This document shows, piece after piece, positions 55,010 to 64,000 of a stretch of DNA of 64,000 bases (its first letter is position 1; every line of letters begins with the position of its first letter). The translations under genes and the position numbers were made by a program. The notes beneath the pieces were generated by a model. It ran no database searches. It had not been told where the DNA came from and saw only the letters and a list, made by a program, of their open reading frames with translations. Source of the stretch: Rubrobacter sp. (lineage in GTDB: Bacteria > Chloroflexota > Chloroflexia > Thermobaculales > Thermobaculaceae). The stretch is from assembly GCA_016781735.1 (NCBI GenBank), contig JADDPT010000016.1, forward strand, positions 6,554 through 70,553, in the 5' to 3' direction.

Positions 55010-56536
55010 CTAGCGTATCCGCCCAATGGCGGTGGTGACCGCCTGCTCGCTGAGCTTCGCCACAGCCTGCTCCACTTCCTCCATCTCTCGAAGGTACTCC
55101 TGCGCCTGTGCACGGTCCTTCATGAGAGCAGCGTTTGTCCTCACGTTGAGTAAGGATGCCCTGGCAGCGGCAGCGGCAAGGTGTGCCCCAGCGCCCGCGT
55201 CGCTGATCGCATTTGGGTTTCCTAATGTTGCTACATCTCCGAGGACCGCCAGGACCTCCATGCACGCCCGCGCCACGTGGAGTGGAACATCGGCGGCTCG
55301 TCGTAGCGCGGCCTCCACCTTCTCATCGCGCCGGCTTCGCTCCTCCTGCGTTTCTTTCGGCAGCTTGTACTGGGCCAGCAAGTCGCCGTATGCCTCCTCG
55401 TCCTCGTGCATAAGCCCGTACAGGCGGGCACGTTGCGCCTCCGCGCGTGCCAGGAGGGACCGTGTCGCCTCTTCTGCTTCCACGTACTTCGGTCGCCCAA
55501 TGGTGAGGTTGCACACCATTGAGGCCAGCGCCGCCCCTAGAGCACCTGCCAAGGCACTTGCTGCGCCTCCACCCGGTGCGGGGGCTCCGCTTGCCAGGCT
55601 GTCAAGGAACGTCTCCATCTCCACGCTCGTTTCCTTCTCCTCCATCGCCAGCTCCAACACCTGTCGGGCCTCCAATCTTTCCAGGCCCAGTGAGTCCGCT
55701 GCCGCGGCAAGCACCGAACTGAGCGGTATCAGTCCCACTAATTCCGACCCGCTGACTGAGACGCCCTCGCCCTCCGATAGCCGCTGCACCGCGCGAACCG
55801 CGACGTGCGGCGGCGTATTGTTCACGTCCGTGACGTTCATTGCGACCTGGGCTCGCCCCTCGGCGGGCAGCCACAGGCCCAGAGCCTTCAAGCCTCGAAG
55901 CCCGCTTGCAGGCTCGCGCACAGCTGCAGCCACTCGCCGCGCCGAAGACACGTCCGGCGCCTCGAGCCAGCAGTTCAGGGCAACGAGGGCCTCCCGCGCG
56001 CCAACCGCCACAGCGCCTGCCGTGGGATGAACCGAGGCCGGCCCCTCGTCCGGCGAGAGTGCGACAGGGCCGCCGTGCTCCGCAGCCCGTAACGCCTCCA
56101 GGTGCACACGGCGCACGTGCGCCAGGTTCCGGTATTCCTGCCGCCGCGCAGCGTGTTCGTAGAGGTAGGCGGGCAGCCGCAACTCTTTCCCCAGTCGCTG
56201 CGCGAGCTCCTCCGCGGCGCTGATGCAGTCGTCCATACTGGTCTTACCGACCGGCACGAATGGCACGACATCTGCCACGCCGATTCGCGGGTGAACGCCC
56301 TCGTGGGTGCCCAAATTAAGCAGCTCAACCGCCGTCTCAACTGCCCGGTAAGCCGCCTGCACGACAGTGTTCGGCGCGCCGGCGAACGTTATGACGGAGC
56401 GGTTGTGGTCCGCGTCCGCGTGGATGTCTAGTAGCGAGGCGCCCGCATCAATGGCGGCGCACGCGATCTGATGTATGACGGCCCTGTCCCGGCCCTCGCT
56501 GAAGTTGGGCACGCACTCGATCCACCTGCCCCTCAC
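55010..56536 (-). CDS. glutamate formimidoyltransferase fused to a formiminotetrahydrofolate cyclodeaminase domain
   Basis: N-terminal ECVPNFSEGRD. The C-terminal Ala/Gly-rich helical domain (GGGAASALAGALGAAL) is typical of FTCD_C. Confidence 0.85.
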   Translation of the reverse strand: MRGRWIECVPNFSEGRDRAVIHQIACAAIDAGASLLDIHADADHNRSVITFAGAPNTVVQAAYRAVETAVELLNLGTHEGVHPRIGVADVVPFVPVGKTSMDDCISAAEELAQRLGKELRLPAYLYEHAARRQEYRNLAHVRRVHLEALRAAEHGGPVALSPDEGPASVHPTAGAVAVGAREALVALNCWLEAPDVSSARRVAAAVREPASGLRGLKALGLWLPAEGRAQVAMNVTDVNNTPPHVAVRAVQRLSEGEGVSVSGSELVGLIPLSSVLAAAADSLGLERLEARQVLELAMEEKETSVEMETFLDSLASGAPAPGGGAASALAGALGAALASMVCNLTIGRPKYVEAEEATRSLLARAEAQRARLYGLMHEDEEAYGDLLAQYKLPKETQEERSRRDEKVEAALRRAADVPLHVARACMEVLAVLGDVATLGNPNAISDAGAGAHLAAAAARASLLNVRTNAALMKDRAQAQEYLREMEEVEQAVAKLSEQAVTTAIGRIR

Positions 56537-57201
56537 AGCGCTCGGGCCCCTGTGCCCAGCCCGCTGCCTTGCGCGGCAAGGCGCATCTCCATCTCAGGCT
56601 CGTAAACCGGAGAGAAGCCAAAGCGCGCTAGCAGCCGGGCAGTTTCCGCCAGCGGCAGACCCATCACGTTACTGTACGAGCCGGTAAAGCTGCCTACGGG
56701 CCTGAACTCCGGTGACTGGATAGCATAGGCACCTGCCTTATCCATCGGGTCGCCGCTGGCGACGTACTCCGCGATCTCGACGTCCGAGTAGGTCCGCATC
56801 TCGACACATGTCGTCCTGACGATCGACTCCTCACCCAGGCTACTTCCTATGCCGACGGCCGTGTGCACCAGGTGCTTTCTGCCACGAAGGCTCCGCAGCA
56901 TCTGGACGGCGTGGTCCGATGTCGCTGGCTTGCCGAGAATCTCCCCATCCAGATCCACCACCGTGTCAGCCGTCAGGCATACGCTGCTGGGGTGCTCGTC
57001 CGCGGCCCTGTGCAGCTTCTCCCTAGCAAGCATCAGCGCCGCATCGTGAGGAGATTCGCCCAAAACAGGTACTTCCGGTATCTCGGTGGGTGCTACCACG
57101 AAGCGTACCGCGAGATAGCCAAGGAGCTCGCGCCTGCGAGCGGAGGCCGATGCAAGCACCAACTCCGGCGACCCAGCGGACGGCAATGATTTGGAGCCCA
57201 T
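56533..57201 (-). CDS. maf: Maf-like nucleoside triphosphate pyrophosphatase
   Basis: LVLASASARRRELL, ADTVV and GAYAIQ motifs. ATG 57201 was chosen. The 74-aa upstream extension in the track was rejected. Confidence 0.85.
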   Translation of the reverse strand: MGSKSLPSAGSPELVLASASARRRELLGYLAVRFVVAPTEIPEVPVLGESPHDAALMLAREKLHRAADEHPSSVCLTADTVVDLDGEILGKPATSDHAVQMLRSLRGRKHLVHTAVGIGSSLGEESIVRTTCVEMRTYSDVEIAEYVASGDPMDKAGAYAIQSPEFRPVGSFTGSYSNVMGLPLAETARLLARFGFSPVYEPEMEMRLAAQGSGLGTGARAL

Positions 57202-57267
57202 GTGAACAGTATATCTCGTCCGCGGGCCATCACACCGAGGCCGTCTTGAGAGACACGCCATCAGGTA

Positions 57268-57296
57268 TTGACTGTCCCGTAGCATATTGTTACTAT
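57268..57296 (+). promoter_or_regulatory. candidate promoter for the XRE-NfeD-flotillin unit
   Basis: TTGACT-17 nt-TACTAT (overlapping TATAAT), about 30 nt upstream of the ATG at 57329. Confidence 0.5.
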
Positions 57297-57328
57297 AATG
57301 GTAGCGGATTGCTAACAGAAGGTGATCG

Positions 57329-57799
57329 ATGACGCTGGCCGAAAAGTTACGATTACTGCGCGAGGAGGACGGCAGATCCCGCGGGCTCTTACGAGCGCTC
57401 ACGAAGGCTGAAGTTGTCCGCATTATGCAGGCCGAATTAGGTCGAAGCGTCAGCCCAGCCTATCTTTCGCAGCTCGAGTCAGGAGCGCGCGTTCACCTCT
57501 CGGCGGGCACGCGAGCCCTCCTCGCCGACTTCTTCAAGGTACACCCCGGCTATCTTGTGGACGACGCCAAGCCTACTAACAGCTTCGATGGTGGGGGCGA
57601 TCGGCTGGTGGACTGGCTCCGCACCCAGGCTCAGCACTTCCAGGGAGACTACCTGGTGGCGAAGGTGATGAGCGAGCTTTCCAGCCGCGCCCAGCCCAGA
57701 CGGTACTTCGAGGCGCTTGAGCGGCTCCTCCAGCTGCCTGCCGCCGAGCTCGACCGGCTCCTCGAGCGTGATTTCTGCATCGAGTCTGAGAAGGCTTAG
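57329..57799 (+). CDS. XRE-family helix-turn-helix protein
   Basis: HTH_3-like segment LTKAEVVRIMQAELGRSVSPAYLSQLESGAR, with an ~80-aa helical C-terminal extension. Confidence 0.7.
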   Translation: MTLAEKLRLLREEDGRSRGLLRALTKAEVVRIMQAELGRSVSPAYLSQLESGARVHLSAGTRALLADFFKVHPGYLVDDAKPTNSFDGGGDRLVDWLRTQAQHFQGDYLVAKVMSELSSRAQPRRYFEALERLLQLPAAELDRLLERDFCIESEKA

Positions 57800-57817
57800 G
57801 GAAGGAGCGGCCGGTAG

Positions 57818-58438
57818 ATGGAAGCGATCTTTCTCGGCATCTTTCTTGTCGGGCTGTCCACCATCGTACTGAGCTTCCTGCTCGGTTTCGCACAGGCCGA
57901 CTTGCATCTTATGTCCCATCACTTCGGCCACCTCGGTTCCGGCGGACACGACTTCGGTGACCATGGGGCGTCGCCATTCAATATCGGCACGATCTCGGCG
58001 TTCCTGACATGGTTCGGCGGGATTGGGTACCTCCTCAGCGCTCAGGTCCGCATCGGTCTCCTGCCAGTATTGCTGCTTGCTACCCTGAGTGGTCTGCTCG
58101 GAGGAAGCATTGTCTTCTTCATGCTCGTCAAGGTGCTGCTACCCGGTCAGACATCGTTCATGCGCGAGGCCGATTACCGGCTCGAGGGCACACTTGCACG
58201 CGTCAGTATCCCACTCGACGGTGGCCGTACGGGCGAGATCGTGTACGAGCGCGGCGGCGCTACCAGGAGTGAGGGTGCCCGCAGTACCGACGGAAGCTCG
58301 CTGCCGCGCGGCTCCCAGGTCGTTGTGCTCCGTTATGAGAGGGGTATAGCGTACGTGGAACTTTTCGATAAGCTTCTCGCCGAGCACGGCGCCAATTCCG
58401 TACTGCCCGACGGTCCGGAGAGGAGCGCGCTTGGATGA
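57818..58438 (+). CDS. NfeD/YqiJ-like membrane protein
   Basis: N-terminal TM helices, a His/Gly-rich loop, and a C-terminal OB-fold-like segment GTLARVSIPLDGGRTGEIVYERGGATRSEGARS. It sits directly upstream of a flotillin gene. Confidence 0.7.
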   Translation: MEAIFLGIFLVGLSTIVLSFLLGFAQADLHLMSHHFGHLGSGGHDFGDHGASPFNIGTISAFLTWFGGIGYLLSAQVRIGLLPVLLLATLSGLLGGSIVFFMLVKVLLPGQTSFMREADYRLEGTLARVSIPLDGGRTGEIVYERGGATRSEGARSTDGSSLPRGSQVVVLRYERGIAYVELFDKLLAEHGANSVLPDGPERSALG

Positions 58439-58526
58439 TCAAGTTTGAGAAGTGGCTGAGCCGGGATCCAACCTCGCCCTACGAGTACACCTGGAACAAC
58501 GAAAGTAGGAGATCGAGGAGAAGATA

Positions 58527-60014
58527 ATGAATCCGGTAACTGCAGTGATAATCGTCGGTCTGGTGCTGGCGACGCTGCTGGCCTTCGGGCTTATCGCTCG
58601 CATATTTCGCAAGGTTGGCCCGAATCAGGCGCTGATCATCTATGGGTTCGGCGGGACGCAGATCGTCACGGGTGGTGGTCGCGTTATCCTGCCCATGGTT
58701 CAGAGCTACAGGGAGCTCTCGCTTGAGCTGATGAGCTTCGACGTGGCTCCCCAGCAGGACCTCTACACCTCCCAGGGCGTGGCGGTGAACGTCGAAGCTG
58801 TCGCGCAGATCAAGGTCAAGAGCGATCCCTTGAGCATCCGCACCGCTGCGGAGCAGTTCCTCAGCAAGACCCCACAGGAGCGGGAGAGCCTCATCCGGCT
58901 AGTGATGGAAGGCCACCTGCGCGGCATCACAGGTCAGCTCACGGTCGAGCCCATCGTGAAGGAACCGGAGATGGTGGCCGACCGAATGCGCTCAAACGTG
59001 GCGGAAGACCTGGCGAAGATGGGGCTGGAAGTGGTGAGCTTCACAATCCGCGAGGTACGAGACCAGAACGCGTACATCGAGAACATGGGCAAGCCCGATA
59101 TCGCGCGCATCAAGAAAATCGCCGACGTCGCGGCCGCCGAGATGGCCCGTGATACCTCCATCAGGCAGTCCGAGACGATGCGCGAGTCGGCGGTTGCTAG
59201 GGCGCTCGCGGACCAGGAGCGGGTGATAGCGGAAGCCTCCTCAGCCACCAGGCAGGCCGAGGCACAGCGCGATCTCGACCTCAAGCGGGCGGAGTTCGAC
59301 GCCTCGGTGAAGAAGCAGCAGGCAGCCGCGGACAAGGCATACGACATCCAGGCCAACATCATGCAGCAGCAGGTGATCGCCGAGCAGGTCGGCGTGCAGC
59401 GTGTCGAGCGCGAGGAGCAGATCCGCGTGCAGGAGGCGGAGATCTCGCGCAGGCAGCGGGAGTTGGAGGCTACGGTTCTCAAGTCCGCAGAGGCGGAGCG
59501 CCGGCGGATCGAGCTGCTCGCGGAGGCTCAGCGACAGCGAACCATTCTGGAGGCAGGTGGCCGTGCGGACGCCACCCGAGCCGAGGGACAGGCGGAAGCA
59601 GACGTCATCCGGCTAAGAGGTCAGTCGGAGGCTGACATCATCAAGGCGAAGGGCGCCAGCGAGGCGGAAGCCATGCAGCTCAAGGCTGATGCTTACCAGG
59701 GATACAATGAGGCTGCCATTGTGGACCGGATAGTTGCGAACCTGCCTGAGCTCGTGAAGGGCATGAGCGCACCGCTGTCCAACGTCGACCGGATCACTGT
59801 GGTGTCTACAGGCGACGGCGCCAACGGTGCGGGCCTGAACCAGATCACGACCGACCTAGCGAAGATGGTTGCGACGGCGCCCGCAATGGTTGAGGGACTC
59901 ACCGGACTGAAGATCACCGACTTAATGGAGCGTGTACCGGGCCTGCGGGAGCAGGCACAGGCAGTCGACAAGGTGTCAGCCAACGGCCGAGGCGCAGCCT
60001 CCAAGCGCCAGTAA
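58527..60014 (+). CDS. flotillin / SPFH (band 7) domain protein
   Basis: N-terminal TM helix, an SPFH domain, and a long Ala/Glu/Arg/Gln-rich coiled-coil 'flotillin' region. Confidence 0.88.
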   Translation: MNPVTAVIIVGLVLATLLAFGLIARIFRKVGPNQALIIYGFGGTQIVTGGGRVILPMVQSYRELSLELMSFDVAPQQDLYTSQGVAVNVEAVAQIKVKSDPLSIRTAAEQFLSKTPQERESLIRLVMEGHLRGITGQLTVEPIVKEPEMVADRMRSNVAEDLAKMGLEVVSFTIREVRDQNAYIENMGKPDIARIKKIADVAAAEMARDTSIRQSETMRESAVARALADQERVIAEASSATRQAEAQRDLDLKRAEFDASVKKQQAAADKAYDIQANIMQQQVIAEQVGVQRVEREEQIRVQEAEISRRQRELEATVLKSAEAERRRIELLAEAQRQRTILEAGGRADATRAEGQAEADVIRLRGQSEADIIKAKGASEAEAMQLKADAYQGYNEAAIVDRIVANLPELVKGMSAPLSNVDRITVVSTGDGANGAGLNQITTDLAKMVATAPAMVEGLTGLKITDLMERVPGLREQAQAVDKVSANGRGAASKRQ

Positions 60015-60037
60015 CCGGTCGCCGACCCCAGATCCAA

Positions 60038-60074
60038 AGAGACGTCCCCTTCCAGGGACGTCTCTGTTCTTATC
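60038..60074 (+). terminator. Rho-independent terminator after flotillin
   Basis: AGAGACGTCCC-CTTCCA-GGGACGTCTCT forms an 11-bp perfect stem, followed by GTTCTTATC. Confidence 0.7.
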
Positions 60075-60137
60075 CCCCCTCCTGTATACTGCCCTCGCCG
60101 CTGAGTGTAGGCGGACGCAGGGGAGGAGCGTGCGCAA

Positions 60138-61064
60138 TTGAAGGTGATACTGGACATGGACCCTGGCCACGACGACGCGCTGGCGATTCTGCTGGTCCTC
60201 GCGCACCCCGAGCTGGAGGTAGTGGCGATCACGTGCTGCGCGGGCAATGCCCCGCTTCATCGTACTGTCATGAACGCACGCGTCGTGCTGGAAGTCGTCG
60301 GGCACCAGGACGTTCCAGTGGCCAAAGGTCTGCCAGCCCCCCTGCTACGACCACTGCAAACAGCGCCCGAGGTACACGGCGCGACAGGGTTGGATGGTCC
60401 CGTCCCTCCTGAACCCTCCGTGCCTCCCGTCGGCGAACATGCGGTCAGGCTGCTAGCACGGCTCCTGCTGGAATCGGACGAAACGGTAACGCTCATACCC
60501 ACCGGGCCGCTCACCAATATTGCTGCTGCTCTGCGGATGCACCCCCGGATATCGTCCAATATCGAGCGCATCGTGCTGATGGGTGGCGCTGTGGGAGAGG
60601 GCAACGTAACCCCGAGCGCTGAGTTCAATATCTGGGTGGACCCTGAAGCCGCCGCGGTCGTGTTCGAGGCAGGAGTACCAATCACGATGGTCGGCCTAGA
60701 CGTAACGCACCAGGCTCTCCTGTACGACCGTGACCTGGAGTGCATTAGAAGAATGGGCACTCGCGTATCGACCTTTGCTTGCGAGCTCCTCGAGTTCTAC
60801 AGCCGCTTTCACCGCGGCCGGTACGGCTGGGAGGTGGGGCCGGTACATGACGCGTGTGCCGTCGCAGAGGTGCTCCGTCCCGGCATCGTGCAAACGCGCG
60901 ACATGTACGTAGCCGTGGAGACGTCGGGCGTACATACTCGCGGACGGACGGTGTGTGATGTGCTCGGCGTGACAGGCGAGCGGGCCAACGCTGCCGTCGG
61001 TCTAGCTATAGACCGCGACGCGTTCGTTGAGCTGCTGCTGGAGGCGCTCGCCAGCTACCGCTGA
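60138..61064 (+). CDS. nucleoside hydrolase (IUNH family)
   Basis: The N-terminal aspartate cluster motif ILDMDPGHDDALAIL and overall length fit inosine/uridine-preferring nucleoside hydrolases. Confidence 0.88.
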   Translation: MKVILDMDPGHDDALAILLVLAHPELEVVAITCCAGNAPLHRTVMNARVVLEVVGHQDVPVAKGLPAPLLRPLQTAPEVHGATGLDGPVPPEPSVPPVGEHAVRLLARLLLESDETVTLIPTGPLTNIAAALRMHPRISSNIERIVLMGGAVGEGNVTPSAEFNIWVDPEAAAVVFEAGVPITMVGLDVTHQALLYDRDLECIRRMGTRVSTFACELLEFYSRFHRGRYGWEVGPVHDACAVAEVLRPGIVQTRDMYVAVETSGVHTRGRTVCDVLGVTGERANAAVGLAIDRDAFVELLLEALASYR

Positions 61065-61104
61065 CGGCGTGGCATCCGGACCGGCCCGTTGCTATAGTCG
61101 CTCC

Positions 61105-62790
61105 GTGGCTAACTCTCCCCTCTACAGTCGCCAAGCCTACGCCAGGGTGTCTTTCCTCCCCCACGCCCGCGATGCGGATGTGCCTGAAGGAACGACTGTG
61201 GAACAGGCTGCACGCGATCTCGATGTGCCGTTGGCGGCTCCGTGCAGGGGCAGTGGTTTCTGCGGCGCATGCAAGGTGAAGTTCGTTTCGGGCGCGCCCG
61301 AGCCCAGTCCCTGGGAGCGCGTACACCTCACCCGCGACCAGCTATCTCAGGGTATCCGGTTGGGGTGTATTACACGGATCACTGCAGATTCCATACTCTC
61401 CATCCCTCGCCAGAGCACCATGATCCGCATCGCCAACCAGCACTACGGGTACCAGCTCGCGCCGCCAGCACAGCGGGCAATCATCCGAGCGAGCGCGAGC
61501 GATGCCACCGGCGATCTGGCCCACCACCTGCCCCGCGTGGCGCTGCGCGACCTTCCACGCGAGCTGACGCTACACACTCAGGCGAGTAAGTTGCGACGAG
61601 TCGAGTTGGGAGCCAACCGTGGAGATCTCCTCGGTGTAGCGGCCGTCGTGGATGGTGGGCGTTTGACCGGCTGGCTGCTCGACCTACGAACTGGTGAGGA
61701 ACTTTCCTGGTCGCAGGCAAAGCTCATTGGAGATATTGACGGCGGAAGTGTGCACGAGGAGAACGCAGTGTCCGCCACCCGGCGATTGGTGAGGGCCCTT
61801 TGTTCCAGCGCGTACCGCAGAACGGATGACGTTGCCGATGTCGTGATAAGCGGCGCCAAGTTGACTTCCGACTCCGGGCACGATTTGCTCCGTGCATCGG
61901 GCGCCGGCCTCGATCCCATTGCAGACGCCGCTGCGTGCGCCGCCGTGGCAGCGGGATGCATTGACGCCGGCGCGACGCTCGTCGTGTCCGTGCAGCCCTT
62001 CCCCTGGGTCCTCGCGGTGCACGCCCGCCGCGCTTGGCTCGCAGCCGCTGTGGATTGGGACGGTGCGGCCGTGGGGTTCGCGCCGCTCGGCAAGGAGAAG
62101 GTCGTCGAGCGCGTGAGTTTTGTAGACGATCTGAGGCTGCAACACTCCGGTGACTCGCCGAGCGGCATCGGCCTCGGGGCCGCCATAGATTGCACTGCCG
62201 AGTTGCGCCGGGCCGGTGTGCTTGACGAGCGTGGTAAGTTGGCTCGCGAGAAAGGCAACGATCTGCAGGCAGCGATAGCCGGCAGGCTGTCGGAAGTACA
62301 CGGCAAGGTCACGCTCCGACTCTCTCCCGGGGACGTCCTGCCGGGCGTGGAGTTCCGCCAGGCCCACGTCACGGCGGTGCAGCGGCTCCGGGCGGCCATG
62401 ATGGTCGCCACCCGCGGCGTGTTGACCCGCGCCTGTCTCGAGCCGGAGGACCTCGATCGCGTCGTGCTGGTCGGTGATTCTGCTCACTGGGGCGTGAGGA
62501 ACGCTACCGACATCGGTCTCCTGCCCGACGTCTCGCCGGCCACGTTCCGACCGTTGCCGGACGCAGTCAGCACGGGAGCGCGACTGGCCCTCCTCTCCGC
62601 TCAGGCCTCGGACGACATCCGCTCACTTGCGGAGGATTGCGAGCGGATGTCCGCGCCGCAGCACGGCGGCGAGTGGGCAGAAGAACTCTACCTGCACCTA
62701 AGGCCCCGCCCTCAACGGCTTGACGCTTCAGAGAAGCCACTGTTATCCTTTGGGCAGCGCAGTACAGCCGCGACCGATGGGCCAGCCTGA
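61105..62790 (+). CDS. [2Fe-2S] ferredoxin domain fused to a DUF4445/ASKHA (RACo-like) domain
   Basis: Plant-type ferredoxin Cys pattern CRGSGFCGACKV...LGC. The rest is colinear with corrinoid-activation (RACo-like) proteins, but the phosphate-binding motifs look degenerate. Start is uncertain (GTG 61105 or upstream). Confidence 0.55.
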   Translation: MANSPLYSRQAYARVSFLPHARDADVPEGTTVEQAARDLDVPLAAPCRGSGFCGACKVKFVSGAPEPSPWERVHLTRDQLSQGIRLGCITRITADSILSIPRQSTMIRIANQHYGYQLAPPAQRAIIRASASDATGDLAHHLPRVALRDLPRELTLHTQASKLRRVELGANRGDLLGVAAVVDGGRLTGWLLDLRTGEELSWSQAKLIGDIDGGSVHEENAVSATRRLVRALCSSAYRRTDDVADVVISGAKLTSDSGHDLLRASGAGLDPIADAAACAAVAAGCIDAGATLVVSVQPFPWVLAVHARRAWLAAAVDWDGAAVGFAPLGKEKVVERVSFVDDLRLQHSGDSPSGIGLGAAIDCTAELRRAGVLDERGKLAREKGNDLQAAIAGRLSEVHGKVTLRLSPGDVLPGVEFRQAHVTAVQRLRAAMMVATRGVLTRACLEPEDLDRVVLVGDSAHWGVRNATDIGLLPDVSPATFRPLPDAVSTGARLALLSAQASDDIRSLAEDCERMSAPQHGGEWAEELYLHLRPRPQRLDASEKPLLSFGQRSTAATDGPA

Positions 62791-62884
62791 CGCGCTGCTC
62801 TCCCTCACCGGTTCGGCGAGGTATCCTGCAGCACGCACGGCAGTCTCTATCGCCGCGCTACCAGATGTGCTGTGCTGAGCCATT

Positions 62885-62968
62885 GGGGAAGTGGCGGAAT
62901 CGGCAGACGCGCTAGCCTTAGGAGCTAGTGCCCGCGAGGGCGTGGGGGTTCGAGTCCCCCCTTCCCCA
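62885..62968 (+). tRNA. tRNA-Leu (UAG)
   Basis: GGGGAAG acceptor stem, anticodon loop CTTAGGA, a long variable arm TGCCCGCGAGGGCGT, T-arm GGGGGTTCGAGTCCCCC, and CTTCCCC-A at the 3' end. CCA is not encoded. Confidence 0.9.
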
Positions 62969-63186
62969 CCCAGAACCGCCGTACAGTTGTCCCCGACAGA
63001 AGTGGGCGGGGGCAGCCGCCTGGCGATGGGTCGCTCGATCTCACGACGGCGAAGGATATACGGGGCTGTTAATTGCGCTCGCCATGACGGCCGGTTGCAA
63101 TTGCCGTAGGGGAAGAGCGCCGCCGGGGGAGCGGACCCGAAGGTGATATACTCCACGCAAAGACACCGACGTAGGTAGGGGTGGTT

Positions 63187-64000
63187 ATGGAGAAACCCTT
63201 CGCCGCTGTGCGGGACTTGGAGCGGCTCGAGGTCCTTCGGCGCACGGCACTTCTGGACAGCCCGTCCGAGGGCGCATTTGACCGACTTACCAGCCTCGCT
63301 ACGCGGGTTCTCAGGTGTCCAGTGGCTCTCGTCTCGTTGGTCGACCAGGAGCGGCAGTACTTCAAGAGTTGTATCGGCTTGCCGGAACCGTGGGCATCCC
63401 AGCGGGAGACTCCGCTGACGCACTCGTTCTGTCAGCATGTCGTCGCATCGGCCCAACCGCTCATTATCGAGGACGCGCGCGAGCATCCGCTCGTGGCGGA
63501 AAACCTCGCGATACCTGACCTTGATGTTATTGCATACGTAGGGATACCACTTATCACCTCCGATGGTCATACGCTCGGGAGCTTTTGCGTGATTGACCAC
63601 GTGCCGCGGGCGTGGGACCGGGAGGAGGTCGAGATCCTTACCGACCTGGCTGCATCCGTGATGACTGAGATAGAAATGCGGGTTGCGAACGCGGAAAATA
63701 GTCGTCTGCTTCGCCAGGCGAGAGAAGCGATGCACGCCCGCAACGAGTTCCTTTCCTCTATCTCGCACGACCTCAAGAACCCACTCGCAGGCATCAAGGG
63801 GACGGCGCAAGTGCTACGTCGGAGGGCGGCGCGGATGGGTAGTGCCGACGCGGAGACCATTGCCGACGGTCTTGCACGGATTGACGCTGCGGCGACGAAG
63901 ATGAGCCACCAGATCAGCGAGCTTCTGGATCTCACCTTCCTGCAGGTCGGTGAACCCCTCGAGCTTGACCAGCGGCCGACGGACTTAGTGGTGCTGGCCC
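63187..64000 (+). CDS. GAF-domain sensor histidine kinase (partial, runs off the window)
   Basis: Not in the ORF track because it is open-ended. My translation from ATG 63187 reads MEKPFAAVRDLERLEVLRRTALLDSP...FCVIDHVPRAWDREEVEILTDLA (GAF), then NEFLSSISHDLKNPL (HisKA H-box). Confidence 0.8.
   Translation, partial: MEKPFAAVRDLERLEVLRRTALLDSPSEGAFDRLTSLATRVLRCPVALVSLVDQERQYFKSCIGLPEPWASQRETPLTHSFCQHVVASAQPLIIEDAREHPLVAENLAIPDLDVIAYVGIPLITSDGHTLGSFCVIDHVPRAWDREEVEILTDLAASVMTEIEMRVANAENSRLLRQAREAMHARNEFLSSISHDLKNPLAGIKGTAQVLRRRAARMGSADAETIADGLARIDAAATKMSHQISELLDLTFLQVGEPLELDQRPTDLVVLA

Noticed and set aside
55026-56030. 334-aa plus-strand ORF
   Set aside because: It is antisense to the FTCD gene. 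Its composition is low-complexity and rich in Ala, Ser and Arg.
57202-57423. 74-codon N-terminal extension of maf
   Set aside because: It would run through the divergent XRE promoter region. Maf homology begins at LVLASASARRREL, just after ATG 57201.
62743-63810. 355-aa minus-strand ORF, one of the longer unassigned ORFs in the track
   Set aside because: It runs across the tRNA-Leu gene and is antisense to a clearly real GAF/HisKA histidine kinase reading frame (63187 onward, plus strand). Its Arg/Pro/Cys-rich composition is typical of shadow ORFs in high-GC DNA.

Overview
High-GC bacterial chromosome segment. Gene content suggests a Chloroflexota/Thermomicrobia-like monoderm, but that is inference only. 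It is densely coding and mostly core housekeeping: tilS, comFC, an EF-G paralogue, folC, rex, uppP, mnmA, recJ, purBCSQL, tatD, leuS with a Leu T-box leader, trmD, ispH, HU, an HtrA-like protease, FTCD, maf, and an NfeD/flotillin pair. There are six tRNA genes: CAU, initiator Met, Ala-CGC, Gly-GCC, Gly-CCC and Leu-UAG. Four tRNA transcription units carry near-consensus TTGACA-17/18-TATAAT promoters. I saw no CRISPR array, transposase, phage module or rRNA. There is no unambiguous novel system. The best candidates for a second look are: (1) a tightly packed five-gene minus-strand operon with two GT-C-like polytopic membrane proteins (one fused to a six-bladed NHL propeller), a flippase-like protein, UppP and Rex; (2) an Mre11/SbcD-like plus Rad50/SbcC-like pair in which the ATPase carries a transmembrane hairpin where the coiled-coil apex should be; (3) a lower-GC STAND NTPase-TPR gene next to tRNA-Ala, split by a frameshift; (4) a CAU tRNA resembling tRNA-Ile2 placed directly upstream of tilS; (5) an unlisted 50-aa membrane ORF with a strong promoter in front of a tyrosine-recombinase-like gene with altered catalytic residues. 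Three conserved genes are disrupted, one by an in-frame TAA and two by frameshifts. All function calls come from reading motifs in the supplied translations. No searches were run.
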